Assembly (NCBI GenBank): GCA_046045965.1
Contig: JBJOKS010000016.1
Coordinates: 60,003-124,002, forward strand
Direction of reading: 5' to 3'
DNA: 64,000 bases
Source of the DNA: Cyanobacteriota bacterium
GTDB taxonomy: Bacteria > Cyanobacteriota > Cyanobacteriia > Cyanobacteriales > Nostocaceae
Position numbers and translations under genes: made by a program. Numbering within the stretch: the first letter of the stretch is position 1; every line of letters begins with the position of its first letter. The notes beneath the pieces were generated by a model. That model saw only the letters and a list, made by a program, of their open reading frames with translations. It was not told the origin of the DNA and searched no databases. Below are positions 53,929 to 63,359 of this stretch, one piece after another.

Positions 53929-54573
53929 ATGCACAAACACGCCAACTTCTTGCTCAAAATTTGTTTGAGCAGCCTGGTTTTGACAGTATCCATGGTAGCA
54001 ACAACCTCAGCTAGTATTTCTGCAACTGAAGCTCAATCATCAATTACGAAGATTGCTCAGTCAAATCCCTGTGCTGGTAAAAATCCCTGTGCTGGTAAAA
54101 ATCCCTGTGCTGGTAAAAATCCCTGTGCTGGTAAAAATCCCTGTGCTGGTAAAAATCCCTGTGCTGGCAAAAATCCCTGTGCTGGTAAAAAAAATCCCTG
54201 TGCTTCCAAGGTTAAATCTGTTGGCGGTCCTCTAGCTAAAGAACTTCAAGGTAAACCAGTTCTGGTGGATGTGTTTGCTAGCTGGTGTCCTGGCTGTAAG
54301 AATAATGCTCCTACTCTGTCACAATTGAAAAAAGAATACTCTGGCAAAGTCAACTTTGTCGTCCTGGATGTAACTGATAAAGCCAAACTGAAAAAGACAG
54401 AAGAGATGGCAAAAAAATTGGGTTTGGGGAAATTCCTCGAAGCTAATAAGAGTAAAACAAGCACTGTAGCCATCATTGACCCAGCTACTGGTAATATTTT
54501 AGGCATTTACCAAAACAATGCCAATAAGGCTGACTACACCAAAATACTCGAAGCCGCTTTGAAGAAAAAGTAG
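53929..54573 (+). CDS. Exported thioredoxin-fold protein with (NPCAGK)7-K-NPCASK cysteine array
   Basis: Sec-type signal from MHKH; 18-bp repeats at 54064-54210; WCPGC active site. Confidence 0.88.
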   Translation: MHKHANFLLKICLSSLVLTVSMVATTSASISATEAQSSITKIAQSNPCAGKNPCAGKNPCAGKNPCAGKNPCAGKNPCAGKNPCAGKKNPCASKVKSVGGPLAKELQGKPVLVDVFASWCPGCKNNAPTLSQLKKEYSGKVNFVVLDVTDKAKLKKTEEMAKKLGLGKFLEANKSKTSTVAIIDPATGNILGIYQNNANKADYTKILEAALKKK

Positions 54574-54581
54574 TTGATTTA

Positions 54582-54613
54582 TAGCTTTGCTCTGATTTTG
54601 AGGAGCAAAGCTA
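54582..54613 (+). terminator. Stem-loop after the first paralogue
   Basis: TAGCTTTGCTC-N10-GAGCAAAGCTA followed by GTTTCTT. Confidence 0.6.
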
Positions 54614-54670
54614 GTTTCTTATGTTTGAAAACGCTGGCTCAGTGCTGAGGAGTCATTTTGAATTTCAGTA

Positions 54671-54696
54671 AATCCAATTTTGATAGCTCAGTCGTC
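54671..54696 (+). promoter_or_regulatory. Candidate ECF promoter P2
   Basis: AATCC-N14-AGTCGTC. Confidence 0.7.
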
Positions 54697-54723
54697 TGAA
54701 TCAACAGATGCACCACAATTTAC

Positions 54724-54813
54724 CTGTTGGGCGAGATAGTGTAAGACAAGCTATGTCTGCAACTATTATTTAAACCCAGAATCTCTACCCTTCCAAGGCG
54801 GGGAGTATGTCAA
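54724..54813 (+). mobile_element. About 90-bp IS200/IS605-derived remnant (PATE-like)
   Basis: Ends AGAATCTCTACCCTTCCAAGGCGGGGAGTATGTCAA, resembling the right end at 53755-53789; begins after TTTAC, where similarity to the paralogous leader stops. Confidence 0.5.
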
Positions 54814-54909
54814 AGTTCTAATTTCGCATCTCTAAAAAACCAGCGAAAAATGCCCGCCAAGAAGCATTGTGGCAGCAATAAATCATTAAAGTGTGAGGAG
54901 AAGAACCAA

Positions 54910-55530
54910 ATGTACAAACATAACAAATTTTTGCTCAGTCTACTATGTTTGAGCAGCCTTGTTTTGACAGTATCATGCAGCAGCCCAACCAAATCAGATA
55001 ATATTTCTCAAAATCAAGCTCCATCAACTACGGATGTTGCTCAGACCAACCCCTGTGCTGCTAAAAATCCCTGTGCTGCTAAAAATCCCTGTGCTGCTAA
55101 AAATCCCTGTGCTGCTAAAAATCCCTGTGCTGCTAAAAATCCCTGTGCTGCTAAAAATGCTCCTAAATTAACTTCTGTTGGAGGTTCTCTAGCCCAAGAA
55201 CTTCAAGGTAAACCGGTCGTAGTGGATGTTTATGCTACCTGGTGTCCTGGCTGCAAGAATATAGATCCTACCCTATCGCAATTGAAACAGGAATATTCTG
55301 GCAAAGTCAACTTTGTGGTCTTGGATGTAACAGACCAAGCCAAACTGCAAGAGACACAAGCGCAAGCAGAAAAATTAGGTCTAGGGAAATTTCTGGAAGC
55401 TAACAAAAGTCAAACAAGCACTGTAGCGATCATTGACCCTGCTACTGGCGAAATTTTAACAATCTTCAAAAATAATCCTAATAAGGCTGACTACACTAAA
55501 ATACTCGATACTGCTCTAGCGAAAAGTTAG
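54910..55530 (+). CDS. Thioredoxin-fold lipoprotein with (NPCAAK)6 cysteine array
   Basis: LTVSC lipobox-like site; 18-bp repeats at 55048-55155; WCPGC; GAGGAG RBS. Confidence 0.88.
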   Translation: MYKHNKFLLSLLCLSSLVLTVSCSSPTKSDNISQNQAPSTTDVAQTNPCAAKNPCAAKNPCAAKNPCAAKNPCAAKNPCAAKNAPKLTSVGGSLAQELQGKPVVVDVYATWCPGCKNIDPTLSQLKQEYSGKVNFVVLDVTDQAKLQETQAQAEKLGLGKFLEANKSQTSTVAIIDPATGEILTIFKNNPNKADYTKILDTALAKS

Positions 55531-55758
55531 TGATAGATAGCTCTACACCAATTCGTCATTCGTGATTCAGATAGGTCAAAATCGAGCTACGTTTCTGAGT
55601 TTGAATATGTTGCTTGATTTTGGCCAATTGGTGTTACCTATACCTATCCTATACCTATATTTATTTCTTCTGCTTTGTCATTGCAAAGTGAAATGGAACA
55701 GCTAGTTTGTGTTGGCAATTATATGACTCCATCTTTATTATAGCTTGAGGATACCTCC

Positions 55759-56610
55759 TTGAAACAAATACCTCAGTCATCAACCGAGCAAACTCCTTCC
55801 CCACGTTCTAAAATATCGAAAAAATGGCTAGTTTACGGGGGATTGGGATTGCTTTCCCTGATTCTAGTTCTCACCCTCGGACCTGTAATCAGTCACCCTA
55901 TTGAACGGGTTATTTCGATTGTCGAAAATCGTTATCAGCAGTGGTTTAGCCAGCAAGACACAGCAAATCCCTTAGTGTTGTTGCCTTTGGCGTTTATTGG
56001 GGGTGTACTTGCTAGTGTATCACCCTGTATCTTGGCACTTTTACCAGTCAACCTCAGTTACATCGGCACACTCAAAATTAAATCCCGTTGGGATGCTTTT
56101 AGCAAGGCTGGCTTGTTTGTCCTGGGAGCAGTGACAATTTTAAGCCTGTTCGGTTTAGCCTCATCCTTCGCCGGCGCTGTAATGGTGGAGTACCGAGGCT
56201 ATATCAATATTATCGTGGGATTAATTATGGCTGTGATGGGTCTGTGGTTGATGGGGGTGGTAAATATTCCCCTACCGCAGATGAATGTGAATCTCCCCCA
56301 AGCTGGTCCTTATGGGGTGGGTTTGACTTTTGCCCTGGTCAGTTCCCCTTGTGCTAGTCCGGTGCTATTTGCGGTTTTGGCTGCGGCCGCAGCATCAGGT
56401 TCTCAGTTGTTGGGGACGCTGACAATGGTTAGCTATGCACTTGGTTACACCCTCCTAATTTTCCTGGCCAGTTTATTTACGGGACTGGCGAAACAAAGTA
56501 ACCAGTTATTAAAACATTCCGAGGGAATTATCCGCTTTGGTAGTCTGGCACTAATTCTGACTGGGACATACTACCTGTTTACTGGCACTCAATGGTTTTT
56601 GGGAGGTTAG
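55759..56610 (+). CDS. ccdA: CcdA/DsbD-type transmembrane electron transporter
   Basis: Multi-TM; both redox Pro-Cys motifs present ([18 protein letters not shown]). Confidence 0.88.
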   Translation: MKQIPQSSTEQTPSPRSKISKKWLVYGGLGLLSLILVLTLGPVISHPIERVISIVENRYQQWFSQQDTANPLVLLPLAFIGGVLASVSPCILALLPVNLSYIGTLKIKSRWDAFSKAGLFVLGAVTILSLFGLASSFAGAVMVEYRGYINIIVGLIMAVMGLWLMGVVNIPLPQMNVNLPQAGPYGVGLTFALVSSPCASPVLFAVLAAAAASGSQLLGTLTMVSYALGYTLLIFLASLFTGLAKQSNQLLKHSEGIIRFGSLALILTGTYYLFTGTQWFLGG

Positions 56611-56612
56611 GC

Positions 56613-57575
56613 ATGGTCGAGAATCTGGTAATTATTGGTTCTGGTCCGGCTGGTTATACTGCCGCCATCTATGCGGGACGCGCTCAACTGAAGCCTGTGG
56701 TATTTGAAGGTTTTAGTGCTGGGGGAATACCTGGAGGTCAATTAATGACTACTACGGAGGTAGAAAACTTTCCTGGTTTTTCCGAAGGTGTTCAGGGACC
56801 CAAGTTAATGCAGGAAATGCGCCAACAAGCATTACGTTGGGGTGCTAGTTTGATTACTGATGATGTAATTGCTGTAGATTTTACTCAATACCCATTTGTG
56901 ATGACATCTGCTGATGAGGTAGAAGTTAAGGCTCGTGCTGTGATCATTTGTACGGGGGCAATTGCCAAAAGATTGCATTTGCCGGGTGAGGAGAAGTTCT
57001 GGAATAACGGTATCTCTGCCTGTGCGATCTGTGATGGGGCAAATCCTTTGTTTGCAAATGCAGATATTGCTGTGGTTGGTGGCGGGGATTCGGCTGTGGA
57101 AGAAGCTCTGTATCTGACTAAGTATGCCCATAAAGTTCATTTATTGGTGCGGAGCGATCGCCTGCGGGCTTCCAAGACGATGCAGGAACGTGCATTGAAT
57201 CACAGCCAAATTCATATCCACTGGCATTGCTCACCCATCAGCGCACATGGTGATGAGGTACTACGTTGCGTCCAAGTTCAGGATAATCTCACTGGTGCAG
57301 TTTCTGACCTAGCTGTGAGTGGTTTGTTCTATGCCATTGGACACACCCCCAACACCCAACTGTTTCAGGGTCAACTGGAATTGGATGAGGTTGGCTATAT
57401 CAAGACTCAGGGTAAGAGTACAACTACGAATATTCCTGGCATTTGGGCGGCTGGAGACGTTCAGGATCACGTTTATCGTCAGGCAATTACCGCAGCTGGT
57501 ACCGGTTGTATGGCAGCATTGGAAGCTGAAAGGTGGTTATCAGAACAACAATCACTTGTTACTGTCGCTGCTTAA
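56613..57575 (+). CDS. trxB: NADPH-thioredoxin reductase
   Basis: [35 protein letters not shown]. Confidence 0.95.
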   Translation: MVENLVIIGSGPAGYTAAIYAGRAQLKPVVFEGFSAGGIPGGQLMTTTEVENFPGFSEGVQGPKLMQEMRQQALRWGASLITDDVIAVDFTQYPFVMTSADEVEVKARAVIICTGAIAKRLHLPGEEKFWNNGISACAICDGANPLFANADIAVVGGGDSAVEEALYLTKYAHKVHLLVRSDRLRASKTMQERALNHSQIHIHWHCSPISAHGDEVLRCVQVQDNLTGAVSDLAVSGLFYAIGHTPNTQLFQGQLELDEVGYIKTQGKSTTTNIPGIWAAGDVQDHVYRQAITAAGTGCMAALEAERWLSEQQSLVTVAA

Positions 57576-57610
57576 ATAGGGTTTTTGATCACAATCATTA
57601 GGAGATAAAT

Positions 57611-57952
57611 ATGCCAGAAACTTTTTCTATGGATCAAACTTTTTTTACAGGACGAGAAGCTTTTGAATGGTTGATGCAGGAATCTGATCAGCTAATCATT
57701 GTTAAGTTTGTAGGTCCTTACTGTCCTTCCTGCGAAACTCTTAAACCTGTACTGCATCAAATCGCTGTTGAAAACACAGGTAAATTGCATTTAGTTGAAC
57801 TCGATATGAGCGAAGATCCGGAATTAGCTATTAAGTTTGGTGTGAGAAGCGTACCGACGGTAGTATTACTTAAAAATAAGCAAACATTAGCACAAGTCTC
57901 AGGGTTGAAACCTAAAAAACAGTACGCAGAAATGATTCAATCTGCGATCTAG
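57611..57952 (+). CDS. Cytoplasmic thioredoxin (CPSC), NTRC-Trx-domain-like
   Basis: YCPSCETLKP, SVPT cis-Pro loop; AGGAG RBS. Confidence 0.85.
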   Translation: MPETFSMDQTFFTGREAFEWLMQESDQLIIVKFVGPYCPSCETLKPVLHQIAVENTGKLHLVELDMSEDPELAIKFGVRSVPTVVLLKNKQTLAQVSGLKPKKQYAEMIQSAI

Positions 57953-57964
57953 ATACAGGGAAGT

Positions 57965-58089
57965 AGATTAAAAGAATGAAGAATTTAGAATTTAGAATGT
58001 AGAATTACGTTTTGCAACGGGGATTTTACCCCGACGCAAAACCCGCTGCTTGTAGAAGCAGGGGACTTTCCCCCCAAAGGTAAGTTAAA
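57965..58089. repeat. Dispersed repeat, long copy
   Basis: Matches 28124-28207 plus about 40 bp of extra internal sequence. Confidence 0.85.
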
Positions 58090-58226
58090 TCCTGTTATCA
58101 GTTGAAAAAGTCACAACATTACGAATATTCATCAGCAACAGTCTATTACTTTGTAGAACCCATGCTAAAAATCCCGCTGCTCCCCTACCCTAAAAGCGAT
58201 GGGATATTTTTTTTATTTGCAGTCTT

Positions 58227-59027
58227 TTAAATGTCCGAGCTTTGCATCACGACAGTTCCGCTGGGACTAGAGACGTTTCCATCTAACTCCAGTGTCACAA
58301 CTAACCCGGAAAATTCTGGGTGATAAAATTCCCTGTACATTTGATCAGTGAACGGTAACTCATAGGCCGCATTTCCCCAAGTATAGGGCTTGACTTCACC
58401 GCAGGGTAACTTCTCTCTAGCAACAACTGTCCATAGGAAGTAAATATATCCAGGAGGTGGAGCAGGAAGATTTTGGAAAACCATTACTGCTTTTTGTTGT
58501 TCAGGATTTATGACTATACTTCCTGAACTTTTTTCTTTGGAGTTTACGCCTTTAAAAGTAATCAGTCGCGTTTCGTTATTTTGGAGCATGGTTTTAACTA
58601 GTTTAGCTTGGGCAAAATCTTGGCGTAAACGCTGGTTATCAGCTATGGAATTACCCAGATTTTGTCGCAGCCGATAGTTATCGACTCCTAGAACTATTAC
58701 AATTAATGCAGCAATACCACCAGCAATTCTTCTCCACTGAAGTAGCGGTGTAGCCACTTTGGAGTATCCCTTGATGACAGTAGTTGGTTTGGACAAATCT
58801 TCAACTTGTTCTAGAATTTTTGGTAGCAAATAGGCTGGTGCTTTTACTTCTGTGAAGCCATCTATCACTTGTCTGAGAACTTCTTGTAAATCCTCAACTT
58901 CGGTAATTAGTTCTGGATGTCCATCAAGTAACAGCCGAAACTCTTCTTCTTCTTTGGGGGTAAGATCATCAACTACAAACCCCGCAGCTAGGTTTTGGAT
59001 ATGTTCGGGATCGCAATATTTATTCAT
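58227..59027 (-). CDS. RskA-type transmembrane anti-sigma factor
   Basis: N-terminal LAAGFVVDDL...E.EEF anti-sigma helices, one TM, C-terminal NLPAPPPG..Y.LW...VTLE..G..SP.G; overlaps the sigma gene. Confidence 0.85.
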   Translation of the reverse strand: MNKYCDPEHIQNLAAGFVVDDLTPKEEEEFRLLLDGHPELITEVEDLQEVLRQVIDGFTEVKAPAYLLPKILEQVEDLSKPTTVIKGYSKVATPLLQWRRIAGGIAALIVIVLGVDNYRLRQNLGNSIADNQRLRQDFAQAKLVKTMLQNNETRLITFKGVNSKEKSSGSIVINPEQQKAVMVFQNLPAPPPGYIYFLWTVVAREKLPCGEVKPYTWGNAAYELPFTDQMYREFYHPEFSGLVVTLELDGNVSSPSGTVVMQSSDI

Positions 59028-59622
59028 ATATTGATAAATCAGAATCTAGTAAGATGCGTTTTAGTTTTATTAATGCTTGTCTGGTGCAAGTTTTCACTGT
59101 ACCGAGAGGTATATTGATTTGTTTTGCAATTTCTGACTGACTTAGTCCTTGGTTATAAGCCAGTTCAATGACCAGGCGTTGCTTTTCTGGAAGTTGTAAA
59201 AGAGCGTTGTAAATGCGCCCTGATCGCTCTGCAAAACTCGCTTGTTCAAAGGGTGTTGGTTCTGGTGTTTCATCTGTCATTGTTTGTCCCCATTTTTCTA
59301 CAAGTTTGATTTGTCTATTGCGAGAGCGTAGTTTATCTATTGCCCGCGATCGCGTTATAGTTACCAGATAGCGCACGAAAAAGCGACAATCTGGATTACT
59401 AGATGCTTTTCGCCACAGTGTCAAAAAAATTTCTTGAGTCAAATCTTCAGCTTCTTGGGAGTTAGCCAATATTTTGAATGCTAATCCATAAACCAGACGA
59501 CCATGACGATTGAATAAAACGCTTAATGCTGAAGAATCACCATTTTTAAGCGCCATAAATAAAGCTTCATCTGTAGCAGATGAAAGTTCTCTGGAATTTG
59601 AAGGGGGAAGTTTAGGTTCCAT
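59020..59622 (-). CDS. ECF sigma-70 factor (SigK-like)
   Basis: AEDLTQEIF, RSRAIDKLR, LPEKQR..IELAY..GLSQSEIA...PLGTVK. Confidence 0.92.
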   Translation of the reverse strand: MEPKLPPSNSRELSSATDEALFMALKNGDSSALSVLFNRHGRLVYGLAFKILANSQEAEDLTQEIFLTLWRKASSNPDCRFFVRYLVTITRSRAIDKLRSRNRQIKLVEKWGQTMTDETPEPTPFEQASFAERSGRIYNALLQLPEKQRLVIELAYNQGLSQSEIAKQINIPLGTVKTCTRQALIKLKRILLDSDLSIYE

Positions 59623-59744
59623 GTTGTCTCAAAACCAGGTCTGAGCAGATATTAGAGCAAGTTAGTGATAAGCTTTGTTTCATCACTTCTCTCCATGACT
59701 ACAACTCATAAATCTTTATTTAGGAAAATGTCATTTATTCTTAT

Positions 59745-59770
59745 GACGACTGGTGTGGTGTGATCGGATT
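59745..59770 (-). promoter_or_regulatory. Candidate autoregulatory ECF promoter P3
   Basis: Minus strand AATCC-GATCACACCACACC-AGTCGTC, about 120 bp upstream of the sigma start. Confidence 0.7.
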
Positions 59771-59892
59771 GGATTTTTGATGCGGATATTTGATTAAATT
59801 AAAAAATTTAGGATTAGTTATTTACTCACACCAGATTTTTTAATAAAATAGGTCAATCTCAAGAGCGCAGAAATATCATAAAAAGATTATAA

Positions 59893-61449
59893 ATGGATTG
59901 GATTACCTTACTGCGATCGCTACAGTCCGATTTTATTAAAAGGTTAACATCTGGTTGTCTACTTCACTGTGAAACACCAGGACATCATAGTGAATTAACT
60001 ATCATATCTGGACAAAGATTAAAATCCTTACGGGAATTTTGTTGGTTAATGGCAGAAAAATATAAGCGTACTTCTCCAGTTCGTGATGTGTTTATCAATA
60101 ACCTAAAAGGTAAATTAGGTGAAGAAGTTGTCAAAGAACGTTTAGCAGATTTTATTACAGAAGTTGATTATGAAAAACGCTTTGGTGGTGATGGTAAAAG
60201 TGATTTTACTCTTACCTCAAACCCTGCTATTGGTGTGGAAATTAAATCTCGTCACGGTAATATTGATACAGTGCGATGGTCAGTTAGTGCAGAAGAAGTA
60301 GAAAAAAATGCGGTTATTGTTTGTGTTTTAATTCAAGAAGAAGTCAATGAAGCTCAAACTGCATATCATCTTTTTTTAGCTGGATTTCTCCCTACAAAGA
60401 TGATTAAATTGAAAAGAGGAAGAATTGCTTTTGGTATTCATCAATTATTATATGCTGGTGGTTTGTTATCCTATCTGGAAAATTTTCAAGATTCTCCTGA
60501 GCAACATTCGGTTAATACATCCGTTAATACAAATATAGATAAACATCACCCATTATATTTAAATCTAGATCCTGAAAAATCCGGTGATCAATATTTCGGT
60601 AATGGTGATTATGTAGCAGCAATTAATAATTACAATCAAGCCTTACAAAAACATACCAATGATGCAGAAATTCATTATAAACTTGGCTTAGTTTATTATC
60701 AGTTAGGGGATTATCAAACAGCAATTATCAATTATAATCAAGCAATTAATATGAGTCCTAATTATAGCAAGGCTTACCAGCAAAGAGGTTTAGCACATTA
60801 TCAATTAGGTAATTATCAAATAGCCATTGAAGATTATACTCAAGCAATGAGAATTAATCCTGATGTTGCTGTTATTTATAAAAATCGTGCTGATGCTCGT
60901 TATCGAATAGGAGATAATCAAGGAGCAATTGAAGATTATCATCAGGCTATTAAAATTAATCCTCATTATGCTATTAATCATAGAAATAGAGAAAATTTAC
61001 CTTATCTTCTCGATAAAAAACAGGAATTAATCAAAGAAATTGCGATTAAACCTGATGATGCTATAGGTTTTAAAAACCGGGGTAATACTCTTTGTGAATT
61101 GGGAGAATATGAAAGAGCAATTATAGATTATAATCAGGCAATTCAGATAAATACTAATTTTGTAGATGCCTATTTTCATCGTGGAAATGCTCATTTTGAT
61201 TTAGGAAACTATGAAGCAGCAATAGATGATTTTAGAAAAGTAATTAAAATTAAATCTAATTACACAGATGCTTATTATAATCGAGGAAATGCGCTGTTAA
61301 TTATAGGAGATAAACAAGGAGCAATTGAGGATTTTAAGAAAGCAGCAGATTTATATTGGCAAGATGGAAAATTAGAAGAGCATAAAGATACACAAGCTAT
61401 TATTTTAGATTTAGAAATTGAGGAATCGTTGGACATTTTAAATTTTTGA
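59893..61449 (+). CDS. TPR-repeat protein with N-terminal PD-(D/E)XK-like domain
   Basis: GKLGEE...DGKSDF...VEIKSR followed by multiple canonical TPRs. Confidence 0.8.
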   Translation: MDWITLLRSLQSDFIKRLTSGCLLHCETPGHHSELTIISGQRLKSLREFCWLMAEKYKRTSPVRDVFINNLKGKLGEEVVKERLADFITEVDYEKRFGGDGKSDFTLTSNPAIGVEIKSRHGNIDTVRWSVSAEEVEKNAVIVCVLIQEEVNEAQTAYHLFLAGFLPTKMIKLKRGRIAFGIHQLLYAGGLLSYLENFQDSPEQHSVNTSVNTNIDKHHPLYLNLDPEKSGDQYFGNGDYVAAINNYNQALQKHTNDAEIHYKLGLVYYQLGDYQTAIINYNQAINMSPNYSKAYQQRGLAHYQLGNYQIAIEDYTQAMRINPDVAVIYKNRADARYRIGDNQGAIEDYHQAIKINPHYAINHRNRENLPYLLDKKQELIKEIAIKPDDAIGFKNRGNTLCELGEYERAIIDYNQAIQINTNFVDAYFHRGNAHFDLGNYEAAIDDFRKVIKIKSNYTDAYYNRGNALLIIGDKQGAIEDFKKAADLYWQDGKLEEHKDTQAIILDLEIEESLDILNF

Positions 61450-61566
61450 TTTTCAGAATTTAAGGATTTACAGGATTATTTGAAGCATTCAGTAATTTTC
61501 TTATTGACGAATGATTGAGGATTGTTATATTGATGATATTATTTTTAATCACTCAGGTGTGGGAAT

Positions 61567-62136
61567 ATGATTTTCAACTTTAAAAAAAGTAGTGCTTTGT
61601 TAGCTTTATTTTTCCTAGTTAGTAGCAGCTATTTCCATAATGTTGCTCAAGCATCGGTAAAAAATCAGCCTCAGTTAATAGCAAAAGAGCAGGTTAATAG
61701 TAAAACTGCTCAACCACATCCTGTTTTTAAGTCAATTCTGCCTAAATTAAAGAAAAATACTAAAATTAGGATTTTATTACCTAGCTATATTCCTGGGTTG
61801 GAAGGGGAAAACCCACTTTACGCAATTATCGAAACTGCTACAGCAAATAAATACGATATTATACTTGGTTTTAGTCCAGATTGTAATGGGGGTTCAGCTT
61901 GCCGTTTTGGTATGATTAGTGCGGAAGCTATCAATAGTAAAACCCCTAAACTGACTGGTAAAGCAGTATCTTTAGCTAAGGGTACAACAGCTTATTTTGT
62001 AGATGCTAAATGTGGTGCAAATTGTTCTGATGCTACCTTAACCTGGCGACAAAAGGGTGTACAGTACACTATTGGGTTAAAAGCAGGTAAGCAGAAAGAT
62101 TTGGTAGAAATGGCTAAGTCTGTGATTACACCATAG
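61567..62136 (+). CDS. Exported hypothetical protein with two Cys pairs
   Basis: Signal peptide; CNGGSAC and CGANC. Confidence 0.75.
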   Translation: MIFNFKKSSALLALFFLVSSSYFHNVAQASVKNQPQLIAKEQVNSKTAQPHPVFKSILPKLKKNTKIRILLPSYIPGLEGENPLYAIIETATANKYDIILGFSPDCNGGSACRFGMISAEAINSKTPKLTGKAVSLAKGTTAYFVDAKCGANCSDATLTWRQKGVQYTIGLKAGKQKDLVEMAKSVITP

Positions 62137-62205
62137 TTGATTTTAAATTTTCCAAGTATGGGAAAACCTCTCCCTCCTTGCTTGCGGGGGTGAGGTTTAC
62201 AAAAC

Positions 62206-63198
62206 TTAATATCCGCCTTCTTCTTCGTATTCCACCTGTCTTTCCTTGACCTTTTTGGGAATATTCACAGGTTTTGGGACATCTTCCCAAGCATCACCTT
62301 CTACATCATCATAATCGTCGTAATCATCAGCGTAGGCTTTGCTAATGGGCTGAGATTCGTATTTTTTGGGTGGTGCTTGATATCTATCTTGACTTGTGGC
62401 CTCACTCCAGTTATCTTCTTCTTCCTCTTCGTATTGTATAGATTCGTAGGAACGGGCTTGAATCACCCGACGTTGTGGACGTTCTTCTTCTATATAGTCT
62501 TCAGTCCATTCTTCCTCTTCCCGTGCTACGGGTTCAGGAGTGCGAACTTTTGGTCTAGGTGGTTCTAATGGTACTCCGCTAGGTAGTTGGTTAGCTGGGG
62601 AAACTGTGCGGGGTGCAGAATAGCCATATTCTTCTTCTGCGTCTCTTTCCCAAGGTGCTTTACCAATACCCAAACGTTCTAAAACGCCGACTGTTAACTG
62701 GTTGACTCTTTCTTCTGCACCTTCAAAGACAATTAAGCGACTAGGACCTGTGCTGACGACTTCATCTATGGATATTTCGTAGGTACTCAAAAATTGGTCG
62801 GGTATTTGGGGTACTCCCAAGGAGGCGATGACTATAGAGTAAATTTTACCAGTTTCGCCATTGAATTTAAAGCCCCTGACCCTGCCTAATATTTCCCCAG
62901 TTTCGGTGATGACTTCCCAGTTCATCAAGTTGCTGAGGGCTTCAACTTCAATATCTTCGATGACATCTTCATTATCAACCAGGATCACATCACCGATTTG
63001 GTTGATACTGTTAAGATACATTTGGCGAGGCAGACCAGAGATAGAGATCAGGCTGTCTCGCAAACCAAGCGCCACAACCTCTCTTTGATCAATGTCAATC
63101 CAAACTTGACTCACGATACCTAGCCTTTTGCCATTATCGCGGGTTATTACCTGGGTGTTTAATATATCGGAACGTCTAATTACTTGTTCGGAGGTCAT
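62206..63198 (-). CDS. PRC-barrel domain protein with acidic tail
   Basis: RRSDILNTQVITRDNGKRLG.V and EVITETGEILGRV tandem PRC barrels. Confidence 0.88.
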   Translation of the reverse strand: MTSEQVIRRSDILNTQVITRDNGKRLGIVSQVWIDIDQREVVALGLRDSLISISGLPRQMYLNSINQIGDVILVDNEDVIEDIEVEALSNLMNWEVITETGEILGRVRGFKFNGETGKIYSIVIASLGVPQIPDQFLSTYEISIDEVVSTGPSRLIVFEGAEERVNQLTVGVLERLGIGKAPWERDAEEEYGYSAPRTVSPANQLPSGVPLEPPRPKVRTPEPVAREEEEWTEDYIEEERPQRRVIQARSYESIQYEEEEEDNWSEATSQDRYQAPPKKYESQPISKAYADDYDDYDDVEGDAWEDVPKPVNIPKKVKERQVEYEEEGGY

Positions 63199-63359
63199 TA
63201 TATAGGTCGTCCTGTTCGCTTAACGTGCCGTAGGCAATCTCGAATCCGGTTTATCTATACAATATTTTTAACAGAAAATCAAGGCGATTGGTAATTGGTG
63301 ATTGGTAATTGGTAATGGCTAATTGGTCAGAATATTATTCTACTCTTGCCTTTTGCTGA

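Noticed and set aside
54064..55155. 18-bp tandem repeats as a CRISPR array
   Set aside because: No spacers; the units are contiguous, in-frame coding repeats and no cas genes are present.
53929..55530. NPCAxK arrays as RiPP precursor cores
   Set aside because: No modifying enzyme (DUF692/MNIO, YcaO, radical SAM, LanM) or peptidase in the window, and the arrays are fused to thioredoxin domains. Modification in trans cannot be excluded.
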